Below, one piece after another: positions 40,371 through 54,651 of a stretch of DNA of 64,000 nt. Under the pieces are notes generated by a model. That model was not told the DNA's origin, searched no databases, and saw nothing but the letters and a program-made list of their open reading frames with translations. Source of the DNA: Octopus bimaculoides (Eukaryota); contig NC_068991.1 in the NCBI RefSeq assembly GCF_001194135.2, positions 2,301,405-2,365,404 of the forward strand, in the 5' to 3' direction. The position numbers and the translations under genes were made by a program. The number at the start of each line of letters is the position of its first letter. Position 1 is the stretch's first letter.

Positions 40371-41287
40371 AAAGATATGAACTGAGGAAATATTTGGTTG
40401 CTATTTCTAGCAGGTTGAGCTGCCTTGCAAAGGCTGCCTGCTGAGGGCTGACGATACATGAGTCTACCATATTAATATATAATGAGTGAAAACGACGCGG
40501 GTGAATGGAAAAGAAAAGAGAAGGCCGCACGGCGTTCGTCTGGGTCATGTGACATCCAGACGGGATAATTATGTTCCACTGAAAAATTAATATAGTCACG
40601 TGATACTAATTGTGTCACTGTTGTCGTTTGTGTTAATGTTCTTATTTTCATTGTTATTGTTGTTGTGACTTGTTGCCGCGGGAAATATGACAACAACTAA
40701 AGCGCTTCAAGTCTTTTCAGTTTCGCTTCAGTCGTTGCATTCTCTGTTAGGGGCAATCCGTTCAGCCGATAGACGCTAAAAGTTTGAGCTTTCTACTGAG
40801 ATACTTGGTGCAATGGACGATGTTGAGCGATTCCTACAGAACATTGTGTTTTGTTCGACGCTCGAAATGTGTCACAGTGGAAATTACAAGGACAAATCAC
40901 TAGATTTATATAAAATCGATAAGGGAAGACAATAAACATCGAAAGACAAACATGAAAAACAGCCGAATAAATAAAACAAGACTTCCGAAATGATAACACA
41001 ATTAAAGCCGCTTATTAGGATCACTCTGGGACGGAGCTTTTTATATATTTGTGTAGAGGTATAAATGCATGTCTGTATTCATTGATGTTTGCATGTATTT
41101 ATGTGTTTATGGTGGTTGGTAAACGATAAAATTCGAAGGCAATACTGCGACGAATGAGAAAATGTCTGGACAAGAATCGGATCATACACCACATCAGCTG
41201 AGTTGGAAATTTTGGGTAAACAAGAGATCCGTTGGCATTGGCGCTCACACACACACACGTACGTGTGCTCGGGCGTGTGTATGTGTC

Positions 41288-41318
<31 letters not shown>

Positions 41319-41948
41319 NNNNNNNNNNNNNNNNNNNNNNNNNNNNNNNNNNNNNNNNNNNNNNNNNNNNNNNNNNNNNNNNNNNNNNNNNNNNNNNNNN
41401 NNNNNNNNNNNNNNNNNNNNNNNNNNNNNNNNNNNNNNNNNNNNNNNNNNNNNNNNNNNNNNNNNNNNNNNNNNNNNNNNNNNNNNNNNNNNNNNNNNNN
41501 NNNNNNNNNNNNNNNNNNNNNNNNNNNNNNNNNNNNNNNNNNNNNNNNNNNNNNNNNNNNNNNNNNNNNNNNNNNNNNNNNNNNNNNNNNNNNNNNNNNN
41601 NNNNNNNNNNNNNNNNNNNNNNNNNNNNNNNNNNNNNNNNNNNNNNNNNNNNNNNNNNNNNNNNNNNNNNNNNNNNNNNNNNNNNNNNNNNNNNNNNNNN
41701 NNNNNNNNNNNNNNNNNNNNNNNNNNNNNNNNNNNNNNNNNNNNNNNNNNNNNNNNNNNNNNNNNNNNNNNNNNNNNNNNNNNNNNNNNNNNNNNNNNNN
41801 NNNNNNNNNNNNNNNNNNNNNNNNNNNNNNNNNNNNNNNNNNNNNNNNNNNNNNNNNNNATATATGTATATGTATATGCATATACACATTTATATGCACA
41901 TATACATGTTCTTATATCTTTTTCTCTTTCTTTGTCTCTCTATCCCTT

Positions 41949-41983
<35 letters not shown>

Positions 41984-44435
41984 GCGTGTGTGTGTGTGTG
42001 TGTGTGTGTGAATATGCGCAGACACACGGGTATAGCTTGAAGCGCGCGCACGACCGTGTCTCTGCATAGTTTTCTCCTAATTCTCGCCACATTTAATCAA
42101 ACAATAACATCGGACTTTGTGCAATCATTGAGACATAATAATAATTAAGAGAAATGAAAAATCTCACACACAATTTACTTCGTCCGAACTAACAAATATG
42201 AATGGAATTGAAATTACTTGAGAAAATTCTGCGCAGCACTTGCTTCTAATGTCTTATCTTAATGGTCTGACAGTTTGGCGAATTGTTGACAGTTGTGGGA
42301 GGAAATGGTAATAATTTCTCAGTCGTTTCTATTGGAATCGAAACACCGATTACCATTTTATCGATCTCTTATCCTGCTCTTTTTAACGACCAGTACCGTC
42401 GCCCCCCCCACCACCACATGAAACAGCAATTCTCTAAGTACCGCTAGCACCACCACCGGCATCACTGTCATCATAATCATCATCACCATCATCATTACCA
42501 CCACCACGACCACCACCATCAGCACCACGACGACCACGACCACGACCACGACGACCACCACTACGACCACAAAAAATGTATATGCATAAAAACGTATATA
42601 TATATATACATGTTTGTGTATTTGTAGAGTGCATATATATGTGTGTGTGTGAGTGTGTGTGAGTATACAAATAAAAACAAACGCGCACACACAAACATAC
42701 ATTCACTCTCATGTAAACATTTAACCCACGTGCACCAACGCAGACACAACTCATATGCGCGCGCATGCATACGCAACTCTCACCACCAGCACGTGTGTGT
42801 ACAAAGAGAGAGAGAGAGAGAGAGAGTGAGAGAGTGAGAGAGAGAGAGAGAGAGTGAGAGAGTGAGAGAGAGAGAGAGAGAGACAGAGAGAGACAGAGAG
42901 AGAGTGACAGTGAAATAGAATGACAAAGTGATAGAGATAGACGGAAAGAGAGAGAGAGAGAGAGACAGAGAGAGACAGAGAGAGACAGAGAGAGAGTGAC
43001 AGTGAAATAGACTGACAAAGTGATAGAGATAGACGGAAAGAGAGAGAGAGAGAGAGTGAGAGAGAGAGAAAGAGCGAAGGAGAGAGAGAGTTAGAGAGAG
43101 ACTATGAAATTCTAGCCAATCTTACTGAATAAATAATCTTCTTATCAAATAAATCATTTTTGATTTCTGCCTGTTCAATCATATATATNNNNNNNNNNNN
43201 NNNNNNNNNNNNNNNNNNNNNNNNNNNNNNNNNNNNNNNNNNNNNNNNNNNNNNNNNNNNNNNNNNNNNNNNNNNNNNNNNNNNNNNNNNNNNNNNNNNN
43301 NNNNNNNNNNNNNNNNNNNNNNNNNNNNNNNNNNNNNNNNNNNNNNNNNNNNNNNNNNNNNNNNNNNNNNNNNNNNNNNNNNNNNNNNNNNNNNNNNNNN
43401 NNNNNNNNNNNNNNNNNNNNNNNNNNNNNNNNNNNNNNNNNNNNNNNNNNNNNNNNNNNNNNNNNNNNNNNNNNNNNNNNNNNNNNNNNNNNNNNNNNNN
43501 NNNNNNNNNNNNNNNNNNNNNNNNNNNNNNNNNNNNNNNNNNNNNNNNNNNNNNNNNNNNNNNNNNNNNNNNNNNNNNNNNNNNNNNNNNNNNNNNNNNN
43601 NNNNNNNNNNNNNNNNNNNNNNNNNNNNNNNNNNNNNNNNNNNNNNNNNNNNNNNNNNNNNNNNNNNNNACATACTGTATTATGTATTGCAATGAGAAAT
43701 ATATGCAATACGTCATGACACTGTGCTTCTGTAAAGTGTTGCCTTTAGGGAAGGGCAGTCGGCAGCCTTCATCAGCCGGAAAATAAATAAGCGATAATTT
43801 TCTCCTATCTCACTCACTTATAATAACGTTTCGGGTTATACTTCTAGAAATATAGCGCATGCGCAGAAATACATGTCTCGGTACATTAGAAGTGTTTTCT
43901 ATTTCAGTAAATAAGTTTCGAAGTAGTTTTTTTTTTTTTACTAACTAAAGGAAAATACCATGCTAGACTATATAGAATTAAACATAAGATTATCGAGCTC
44001 TCTCGTTAATTGCTCGCTGGAAAATCCATTGCTTTGTGTAGTTTTTAGAACTCTCTTTCTAACCCCACCCACACACGCCAATACTCTGACACACGTACAC
44101 ACCTATCCACGTGAGTTTGTGCTATATAACGTGTGGATATATAACGTGTGTATATGACCGTGCGATTTGTGTTTGTGTGCGCGCTTGTATGCACGTCGTT
44201 TGACGCGAATCATAATCGCCATGAATCGTTAATGGCTGCAAAAGACTGTTTACCCTTGCATGCTGCACACACGATGTATACAAAGCGATCGCATGCATGC
44301 AGCGTTCGCCAAGACACACTCTCGTACCAGAACAACGTCGTAACAGTGATAATGATGACGATGATGATGATGGTAATAGTAATAATAATAATAATAAAAA
44401 TAATAATAATAATAATAGTAATAATAATAATAATA

Positions 44436-44495
<60 letters not shown>

Positions 44496-44689
44496 GTAAT
44501 AGTAATAATAATAATAATGATAGCAACAGCGACAACAACAACAACAATAATAATAATAATGATTTCACTTAGCAATAACCACGCCTCGGCTTTACATCAT
44601 TGGCCATGTTACTGCCTTTGCGCAAAGCTGAGGCGGTACCATGGCAATAACAGAAACAACAACAATAATGTATAGTCAGACATATATAC

Positions 44690-44799
<110 letters not shown>

Positions 44800-45949
44800 G
44801 CATACATGCACACACACGCGCGCGCTGTCCCGTTCAACGTTATTAGTTCTGTCAAACATAAAACTACTGCCATCTACATCACAAATGCAGCACAACCACC
44901 GCCACCACACCACCACCGAAAAACAACACCAACAACCACTACTACCACCGCCATTACAACCCCCCACGACACCCCCTACCCCATGATACCACTATCAATT
45001 ACTTCCATTGCCATAATCTTTCTCCTTAATAGCTGCACCACATTTACAGAACTGCAAATCCCCCATTAACTGAAATCCAAATCTCTAATTCTGGTACAGC
45101 TACCAACACCTCTATCCCTTTCACCACCTCTCATCTCTACTCCAACCGGCTCCTCTACCACTATTAATACTGCTCTTGAATACGAAACGAATTCCGTAAA
45201 CACTGTGTCTCATGCTACAGCCCACACTTCAAGCAAGGACCGACGAGAAAATCGGCCTCGATTTTTATGCTATTGCAGTCAAGACTTTCCTGGGAGGTGC
45301 AAGCATGACTGTGTGGTTAAGAAATTCGCTTCACAACCAGGTGTTACGGTTTCAGTCGCACAGTGCTGCATCTTGAGCAGATGACTTCTACTATAGCGCC
45401 GTAGCATGTGAGTGAATATGGTGAACAGAAACTATGAAGTAGCCTGTGGTGTGTGAGACGACGCTCGAGTATGACTGCAGTTCTACAACCGAAACCATTA
45501 AAAGAATTAGAGGATATAATACATATATATATATTGATTCGGCTGTATGCGACTTAAAGTTTCGAGGGTGTCTTAGATTACTGAATGGCAAAACACAGGA
45601 AGTCCGAGATGACTACCAAAAAATATGCTGCTAACGGTCAAGACGGGTCACATGGTTTTGTCAGAACAAGGTCGATTGTTCAACGACAGGAGTTCCTTTA
45701 GAAGATGGAATTTCTTTGATCGCATGACTGAATAGGGAGCTTGTGGCGCCTAAATATCTTGTGTGTGCGTGTGTGTGCGTTTAAGTGTGTGCGTGTATGT
45801 GTGTGTATGTGTGTACGTGTATGTGTGTGTATGTGTGTGTGTGTGTGTATAAACATGTACTAAACTGAAAGGAGATTAATGAATCCAACTGAGAGCTTTG
45901 AAAACCGGGCCCTAGCATGACAGCAGTCCAATGATTCGAACGTTTAAAA

Positions 45950-46800
45950 TCATTAACCTCATTACTATAATTTCTTATCGTGCCCTCAATATATCCGACC
46001 GTCTCAGGAAATCTGTAAATTTCAAACTGCACTCATTGCTAGGATCATTCTTTATGAAATGAGTTTCCAGATTTGTTGTTGTATGTATGTAGCCCACCAG
46101 TTATCATATTTTGTTGCAATCAGTGAGTTCAGTTCATCAACATCAAAAAGCGTCATTTCAAACTATGATGACCATGTCATCTAAATCTTCATTTAACTTC
46201 TGCTTCCTAAACAATTTCTTAATTACTTTGGCAACTAAATCATCCAATATTTCATCTATTCAACAAGCGATAATTTTATCTGAGTTTAGAGATTTTCTTG
46301 TTTTAACGTCATAAACTTTCAGAAACAATCCAGACAAAACGGCCTTTCAACAGGCATTTATAGTTTTGTTCTTAATTTCGTGAATTGCTTTTCCAATTAT
46401 TTCCCCAATGAAGAATAATGATTATTTTCTTACTTCTTCTGTAACGTTAACTTGGTTTTCTTTCATATCAACCAGATTTTTCTTTTTAAATACGAATTGT
46501 TAACACAATTTGTCTTAAAATTATTACTAATTACGCTTTGCTATAATGACTGGATAAGTGGGGTAGTAGAGGGCGGTAAGAACCAAATTTTACCATTATG
46601 GTGTTCTAAATCACAGGTATGTGATGGAGCGTTATCAATTAGTAACAAAACTTTGAAGTCAATATTATTTTCTTTTATAAAAATTTCAGCTTCAGCGACA
46701 CAATCTTGATAAAACCAGTTTCCCAATATGGCGGCAGTCATCCATGATCTGTTGTTTACACACCAGTGAACCGGAAGGTTATTTTTTATTCAATCCCCTC
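45950..46800 (-). mobile_element. pogo/Tigger-like transposase relic, DDE portion
   Basis: WMTAAILGNWF...FKVLLLIDNAPSH...IWFLPPSTTPLIQSL matches the pogo DDE_1 motif LLLDNAP.H...FLPPNTT.LIQP. Confidence 0.85.
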
Positions 46801-46901
46801 CTTGCATGTGCATTGCCCTATTAATTAATAATGGATCCCTGGAACCATCACTTATTGGTTTACAACAAGAACAACAACAAGAACAACAACAAGAACAACA
46901 A

Positions 46902-46934
<33 letters not shown>

Positions 46935-47388
46935 TCTGCTCAGATTTGCTTGTCAGTTGTTTGACCATAACCAGTTCAGTATGTCTCTTTAGTGCCTGAC
47001 GATATGTGCATTTCTGTTTACGAGCAGAAGTAGTGGGGGAGCATCATAGCCATGTGTTGAGAGGAATTCTTTGGGGTTTGAATGATTCGCCTCTAGAAAC
47101 ATGGGTGTTTCGTTCAACATCCCGAAACAACTCATATTCAGCGACCTTTTGTGTGGGATGTGCTACTGGACCTGAAGAAAATTCTAACTGGGCCTCACCT
47201 GCAAAGTCATGCACTGTTTATCTTGATATGAGATCACCATGTCATGCAGATATGGTTGTGATGCATGTGCCTGGTGTATCCTTTTCAGACGGGTAGTCAC
47301 GATTGCTATATTGTGTTTCATATATTTTACTGCAGTGTCACTTTGATGGCATGCATTGCTCTCTCACTCTATCATAATAATAATAATG

Positions 47389-47422
<34 letters not shown>

Positions 47423-47425
<3 letters not shown>

Positions 47426-47850
47426 GGCAAATAGACCAGATATAGTTGTCAAAGATCATGAAGGAAAAAAATGCTTTCTAATTGATGTATCAATACCAGC
47501 AGATGACAACGTTTCTCGAAAAGAAATGGAAAAACTTTCAAAATACAAAGACCTGGAAATAGAGATAACTCGAATGTGGAGTCTAAAAACAGAAACAATT
47601 CCTATCATAGTAGGTGCCTTAGGTATAATTAAAAAATACTCAGACAAATACATAACAAAAATACCAGGACTTACAAATATATGTAACATACAGAAAATTG
47701 CACTACTGGGTACTGCACACATTCTACGCAAAACACTTTCAATACAGTAAACATAAAAGCACCACAGCAAACCACAGCACATACCCAAGGCGCACAGAGC
47801 TGCGCTCGGTAGTGAAGTGAAAGCACGTTATAAAAATAAAACTACTGAAC

Positions 47851-47852
<2 letters not shown>
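47423..47852 (+). mobile_element. 5'-truncated R4/Dong-like non-LTR retrotransposon: intact restriction-like endonuclease C-terminus plus 3' UTR
   Basis: ANRPDIVVKDHEGKKCFLIDVSIPADDNVSRKEMEKLSKYKDLEIEITRMW...LGTAHILRKTLSIQ* is a PD-(D/E)xK domain. (AAT)n arrays flank both sides. Confidence 0.9.
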
Positions 47853-47887
<35 letters not shown>

Positions 47888-48004
47888 TGGTTTGCGCCTT
47901 TGATGCTTTGTATCGATCACCCTTTCTATTTTTCTGCTCTTGATATAAAAACTTTCTATGGTGTATCCTTTCAGAACAGACCAGTTTCCAACAGCATCAC
48001 ATGT

Positions 48005-48260
48005 TTAAAAGAATAGAAATGTTTTTCAATTATTTCAGGTATTTGTGACGCGAATTCTTCCGCATGTTCTTATCGGTTGATCCACTTCCGTCGTGCAATT
48101 TGTTATTATGTTGTAAACTTCGACTTCAAACATGTTGCAGCCATTTCTTGCTGCCCGAAAATTCGTTAAATGTTTCATTTGTAACGTTGGGTACATTGCT
48201 GATTTTTATCGTTTGGCAATGACGCCTGTCAGAGCATTCCATGACATTCACCTACGATAC
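48005..48260 (-). mobile_element. pogo/Tigger-like relic, N-terminal/HTH-adjacent portion
   Basis: Frameshifted FSGSKKWLQH..SRSLQHNNKLHDGSGSTDK/EHAEEFASQIPEIIEK resembles F.AS.GW...FK.R..L.N.K..GE..SAD..A..F...L..II. Confidence 0.6.
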
Positions 48261-48293
48261 ACTTTTCTTGCATTTAATTTCGTTCTATGCATT

Positions 48294-48356
48294 ATTGATC
48301 TATGTAATATTGATCTATGTAATATTGATCTATGTAATATTGATCTATGTAATATC
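48294..48356. repeat. 15-bp tandem repeat, about 4 copies
   Basis: ATTGATCTATGTAAT repeated. Confidence 0.95.
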
Positions 48357-48584
48357 ATTTAATATTGATTTGTGTAAGGCTGCGAATAGGTAGACCTGTT
48401 GATCAACTTGCCTTTTCATCATTTTGTGGCCGATAAATAAAGTACTAACCAACTACTGGAATCGACCCTTTCTCACTCACCCACTTTTTCTGCTCTCTCC
48501 ATTGTCTCCCTCTTTCTACACTGTCTGTATGTCTATTTCTATCACTTCTTTTCTTTTTGTGTATCTATTTGTCTCTCTCTATAC

Positions 48585-48621
<37 letters not shown>

Positions 48622-49084
48622 GCGATTGTTTTCGTCAGTTACCCTCTTCCCATTGTCCTTCCTCTTCCTCTCCTCACCGCCGCCACCACCACCACAGTTA
48701 TCATCATCAACATCATAATCTTCTTACTTACATTTAGACTGCTTTACCCAGGTCATATCCAAAATCAAAGAAAAGGTGGAGTAAATTTTTGAGTATAAAC
48801 CATTTACTCTGTTATTTTATTGACATTGTTTCTCTAAGGACGTGTGCAGTTCTTAAAAACAGCCATATTTTGTATCTTACACATGGAATGATTATCTGAA
48901 AGTTCTTAGAATTACTACTTGATTTCACGCATCGCTTGTTCTCTAGATTCTGTGGAGACAATGGCAATTGTGATTTTCATTTTTCCGCATTTTATGGCAT
49001 TTAGATTTTTACTTCTATGGAGAGTTTTCCAAATCACTTTCACATTCATCTTATTATTCAATATTTCATTACGAAAACAACGTC

Positions 49085-49133
<49 letters not shown>

Positions 49134-49136
<3 letters not shown>

Positions 49137-49465
49137 CAGGTGTTGGATAAAACAATAGAAGCACCGTTTTTGGTTTAACCATTTCTTTCTATTGGCAAAT
49201 CGACAAATTCAGAACCGTTCTGGTTTGTATAGCTGTATTCGTATACATTACGTACGCTTCGCCCTTTATGATATATTTTTCTGTTCTCCTTTCTTTGTAG
49301 ATATTTATATTTAAATAAGTTAAAATGCGTAAAAGATCTTGGGACGCGGATGGCTTGACCTTCAGTGACTAAAACTGTTGAAATGTGTAATGTTTGGAGA
49401 TGTAGAATCAAGTCTGGCATCCATAAGTCAGACCAAGAGACGGAGAGTATCTGAAGAATAGTAAA
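49134..49465. mobile_element. Tc1/mariner-like non-autonomous relic
   Basis: Starts TA-CAGGGTGTTGGATAAAAC, a TIR-like start. Internal coding similarity is weak. Confidence 0.35.
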
Positions 49466-49468
49466 ACA

Positions 49469-49635
49469 TACAGGGGTGCTGAAAAGTTCCTGGCTTTAAG
49501 GGTATCGTGAAAGGACTTGTTGGAGGCCCAACATTCCGAGTTCTTTTACAGGGTTTAGAAAAAACTGAAGGACCGTTGCAAAAAGTGTGTGAATATGTGA
49601 GGGGAATATGTTGAATAAAATCATAATTAACTGAC
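49469..49635 (+). mobile_element. mariner-derived MITE fragment
   Basis: TA-CAGGGGTGCTGAAAAGTTCCTGGCTTT terminus, followed by FF..V*KKLKDRCKKCVNM*GEYVE*, the mariner C-terminus. Confidence 0.7.
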
Positions 49636-49815
49636 CCAGTTAATTATGTATCAGGAGGATCGCATCACCACCACCACCACCAAATCGACTTTAAAGACTT
49701 TGGTCGGCCCGAGGCTATATTAGAAGACACTTGCCCAAGGTGCGACGCAGTGGGACTAAACCCAGAACCATATGGTTGGGAAGCAAGCTTTTTACCACTT
49801 AGCCATGACCTCGTC

Positions 49816-49867
<52 letters not shown>

Positions 49868-49974
49868 CATGCATACACTCGCACATACACATGTATCAAT
49901 GTAACCTATTCAGATAACTGTAACCCAATTAGTTACTAATTCTGATATATTCACAAAAATGAAAAATAGAAGAG

Positions 49975-50077
<103 letters not shown>

Positions 50078-51242
50078 ACAGTATATAATAGAGAAGTGAG
50101 TGGAAAATAGCAGCATCTGGCAAGAACAGCACTACTTCCCAAAATAAATTAGTCCAATCTTCAAGTTGAACCAATAATCTAGCAGGAAGAATATTCTCAG
50201 AATTTCAATTGATTCCATCTCAACTAATGAAACCAATTCATCCAATTCTGTGTATATAATTAGTAGAAACCACCTTCTATTCTGCTTAGTATTTAGGTTT
50301 CTTATAATTTTCCTTTCTGGATCTTCTGTTATATATATATATATAACAATTGCAGCGTGGAATGTGTTTATAAGCCATTTAAAATAACACACAAAAACCG
50401 TTAGATTCACTTCAACATTTAAATTTAATTTGTCAAATTATTTTCGTCGCTTTGAGACCGCGACCTGTTCACTGACAAAATTCTGTGCAGCACAGAAGAG
50501 AGATAACTCGAGTAGAGACTAAAGCCGTAGCTTTATCTTAAAATAGTCAATACCAGTGACTGAGTTGCACTCGAGGACCGCCTGGTCAGAATATCTATAA
50601 TGAAAACAGCGCTAAGCAGTGATGAGAAATTCACGAACTTTAGGTTATTTCAAATGCGTTTGTGAAATATTTGAACTTCTAAAGGCGAATTCCCTGCAGT
50701 TACAGCGGAGTAAAAAAAAAAAATCTTACTTATGGNNNNNNNNNNNNNNNNNNNNNNNNNNNNNNNNNNNNNNNNNNNNNNNNNNNNNNNNNNNNNNNNN
50801 NNNNNNNNNNNNNNNNNNNNNNNNNNNNNNNNNNNNNNNNNNNNNNNNNNNNNNNNNNNNNNNNNNNNNNNNNNNNNNNNNNNNNNNNNNNNNNNNNNNN
50901 NNNNNNNNNNNNNNNNNNNNNNNNNNNNNNNNNNNNNNNNNNNNNNNNNNNNNNNNNNNNNNNNNNNNNNNNNNNNNNNNNNNNNNNNNNNNNNNNNNNN
51001 NNNNNNNNNNNNNNNNNNNNNNNNNNNNNNNNNNNNNNNNNNNNNNNNNNNNNNNNNNNNNNNNNNNNNNNNNNNNNNNNNNNNNNNNNNNNNNNNNNNN
51101 NNNNNNNNNNNNNNNNNNNNNNNNNNNNNNNNNNNNNNNNNNNNNNNNNNNNNNNNNNNNNNNNNNNNNNNNNNNNNNNNNNNNNNNNNNNNNNNNNNNN
51201 NNNNNNNNNNNNNNNNNNNNNNNNNNTATATATATATACACA

Positions 51243-51301
<59 letters not shown>

Positions 51302-51376
51302 TTAATGAGAGAAAGAATACAGAATAGAAATACAGATATATATAGAAAATAAATGATTAAACTATATCAATTGTAA

Positions 51377-51437
<61 letters not shown>

Positions 51438-51556
51438 GTTCTCATTATATTTGCCATCTTATCCTGACAGTGTTCCTGACAACACGTCTATCGTAGCAGT
51501 AGGAGTTTAATTGAACTACTTGTTCTAAACGTGGAAATTAATTAACAAATAACAAA

Positions 51557-51626
<70 letters not shown>

Positions 51627-51924
51627 AATATACATCTATATGCATGTATGTGCTATGTATGCATATGTCGGAAATATGTTGGAGAAAAACAGCGAAATCA
51701 GAATAAAATGGGCAAGACAAAAGCATCAGAAAAATAAATCCTGTCTGTTTGTTCGTCGTTGTTATTTGGATGGCTGCAGGTCAGGCATAACCTAATAAGA
51801 ACCGGCTGATAACTGAATGATGTTACGAGTCGACCTGATCGCCATTGCTCAGTCAAGCATGAAGGCTTACGCACATAGAGGCACGCAACACACATAAATA
51901 ACTCGCAAAGAATGAAGCCCCCCA

Positions 51925-51974
<50 letters not shown>

Positions 51975-53441
51975 GTTTCTGTGTGTGGGTGTATGTGTTT
52001 ACACATGTATAGTACACGCACATATATGTAGGGATCCACTCACACACACATACACATGTATGTGTATATAAATATATGTATGTGTGTGTGAGTGTTTTAA
52101 TATTTCGGTTAGGCACACACATAGATTGATAGAGAAGAGAGAGAAAGAGAGAGAGAGGCTGCGTGAGAAAAAAGAAAGACAGGCATATAATTTACATACA
52201 CACAAACACACACACATATATATATGNNNNNNNNNNNNNNNNNNNNNNNNNNNNNNNNNNNNNNNNNNNNNNNNNNNNNNNNNNNNNNNNNNNNNNNNNN
52301 NNNNNNNNNNNNNNNNNNNNNNNNNNNNNNNNNNNNNNNGAAAGACAGGCATATAATTTACATACACACAAACACACACACATATATATATGTGCTCATA
52401 CATTCACACAACTCACTCTCTCCTTTTCAGATACATACACACATACATTTGCATCATACGCCACTTGTAAGAGGGTTCTTGTGTGTATATGTGTCTATGT
52501 TGGTGTGTGTGTTCGATCTGATCGCCATTGCGTGTGTGTGTGTGCGTGTGTGTGTTCATTATTTAAGAACAACTCCTAAATGGAAATATGTTCGATGATG
52601 GTAAATGGCAGGAATGGCAGCAGAAAAAATTAAGGAAGCAGTTGCTGAAGGGCTCCTTCTTTTTCCAAACGACAAATACTACAGAGGGAAAACGGAACCG
52701 ATGGATGTGCTGTAAATAGTAGCCAAACTCTCAAATCAGTCGCCTGTGTCTGTGTTTGTCTCCAATCACCGCTTGAGAACTGATGCTGGTGTGTTTACGT
52801 CGCTTAGCAGTTCGGCAAGAGGTATCGACAGAATAAGTTACACGATTTAAAAAAAAAATAATCATTGGGGTCGATTCGTTCGCCTGAAATTTTTCTAGGC
52901 GGTGCCCCAGTATAACCGTAGTCTAAAGGATAAAAGACCTTATCTTGTATATTTTTCTTCTTTTTCTTTGATCTAAACCGCCATATTTATATATTACAAA
53001 ACAGTGATTTTTGATATGATCAGATCTCTCTTTTTACTTATTCTTTCCTCCAAAATGTCAGTTCTAACCAGAGAGAGATTTTAAAGTGGTTCAGAATAAA
53101 GAAATTGTTGCAGACATTTCAATGACACTTTGCTTGTCTATTAAAGAAGCTTTGGCTGGAATTAAAATCATTTTTAAGGATGGGGGAACCTTTTGAAAAG
53201 ATTTTTTCATTCAATCATTCGTCTATCCTTCCTTCCTTTCAATCATTATGCCTTTCCTCTCCGTGTCTATGAATCTGCGGATTCATCTATCTGTGTAGCT
53301 GTCAGTGCGTGTGTCGGCGTCCGTCTGTCCCCTCCCCACCCATACACACACATACGCACTCTCATACACATATGCTGTGTTACACCTACAAATCACACTA
53401 CTACTACTACTACTACTACTGATAATGATAATGATAATGAC

Positions 53442-53497
<56 letters not shown>

Positions 53498-53524
53498 TGA
53501 TGATAATAATAATAATGATAATAA

Positions 53525-54215
53525 TAGTAATAAAGCAAGAACAATAAGAGCAAAAGGGCGGTTAACAGACATGGAAATAGAAGAGGTAAAAAATGGAAAG
53601 TAGAAGATAGGAATAATGCTTCACCAACAGATAACGTGTCTGGTGAGAAGAGAGAAAAATGAATGGCGGCAGCGAAGACGTAGAGCAAAGTGTAAATGTA
53701 AATGCATTCTCAACAAACGAAGCAGAAGTAATGGGAAGAATACGATGATGGCCAACAAGACATAGTGAGGATGCTGTGCCGATATATTAGAGAAGACCAG
53801 GATCAAGCACCTCGCAACCTGAGGCACATTGACCGAAAAGATAGATTCGGTTCTTGGGCTATTCCAGATGAGAGATATAACTGAAGCTAACGAGATTATT
53901 TGGGCTGTAGCTATGGTTACTGCAGATAAAGTTGGATACAAAAGAAAGAAGAAACAGAACGTAAAGAACTATTCTGGCAGAGACGAATTTTTGAGAAACA
54001 AAGTTAAAAAGACGTTTTAGATAAGTTGATAGATTGAGAAGAGGGGAATTGCAGAAGGAAAGCATAAGAATAATGCTGGAAAGAACACATAGAATAAGAG
54101 ATAAAGATTATGGTTATGTGATATTGGAAGAATTGAAACAAAGAGTAGTAACAATGAAAGTAAAACTGGAAAGGTATGACTACGGAAAAAGACAGTTCAG
54201 GCAAAACAGATTGTT
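53525..54215 (+). mobile_element. R4-like LINE N-terminal region relic
   Basis: KGRLTDMEIEEVK; DITEANEIIWAVAMV; VILEELKQRVVTMKVKLERYDYGKRQFRQNRLF. Follows an (AAT)n array. Confidence 0.75.
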
Positions 54216-54563
54216 TACGTATTTCATGTTATTTGCACCGTTGGTGATGTCCTATACTCACATATGCATGTATATATTTGTAATTAGAGTTAGCAGTTGG
54301 AATAACTGGTCAGGGTGAATGAATAATAAGAAAATAAAACTAATACTTAAGTATAACAGAATTCGCCAATAAGTTTAGAAAAAGAAATGGAACTTTTGAT
54401 TTCGTAAATGGAGTTAATAAATATTAATCCCAAAAAACATATCCGTAAAGTTGCTACAATAGCATACTAGCTGAAATATTCTAAAGACCAACCCGCTGTC
54501 GTCCGTAATTGGGTTGATCAAAACTCCGTAATGGGATTGCTCATTTGATACACACACACACAC

Positions 54564-54651
<88 letters not shown>

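Noticed and set aside
42880-43080. ~95-bp tandem duplication within an (AG)n tract
   Set aside because: Slippage or unequal exchange in a compound microsatellite; no sign of function.
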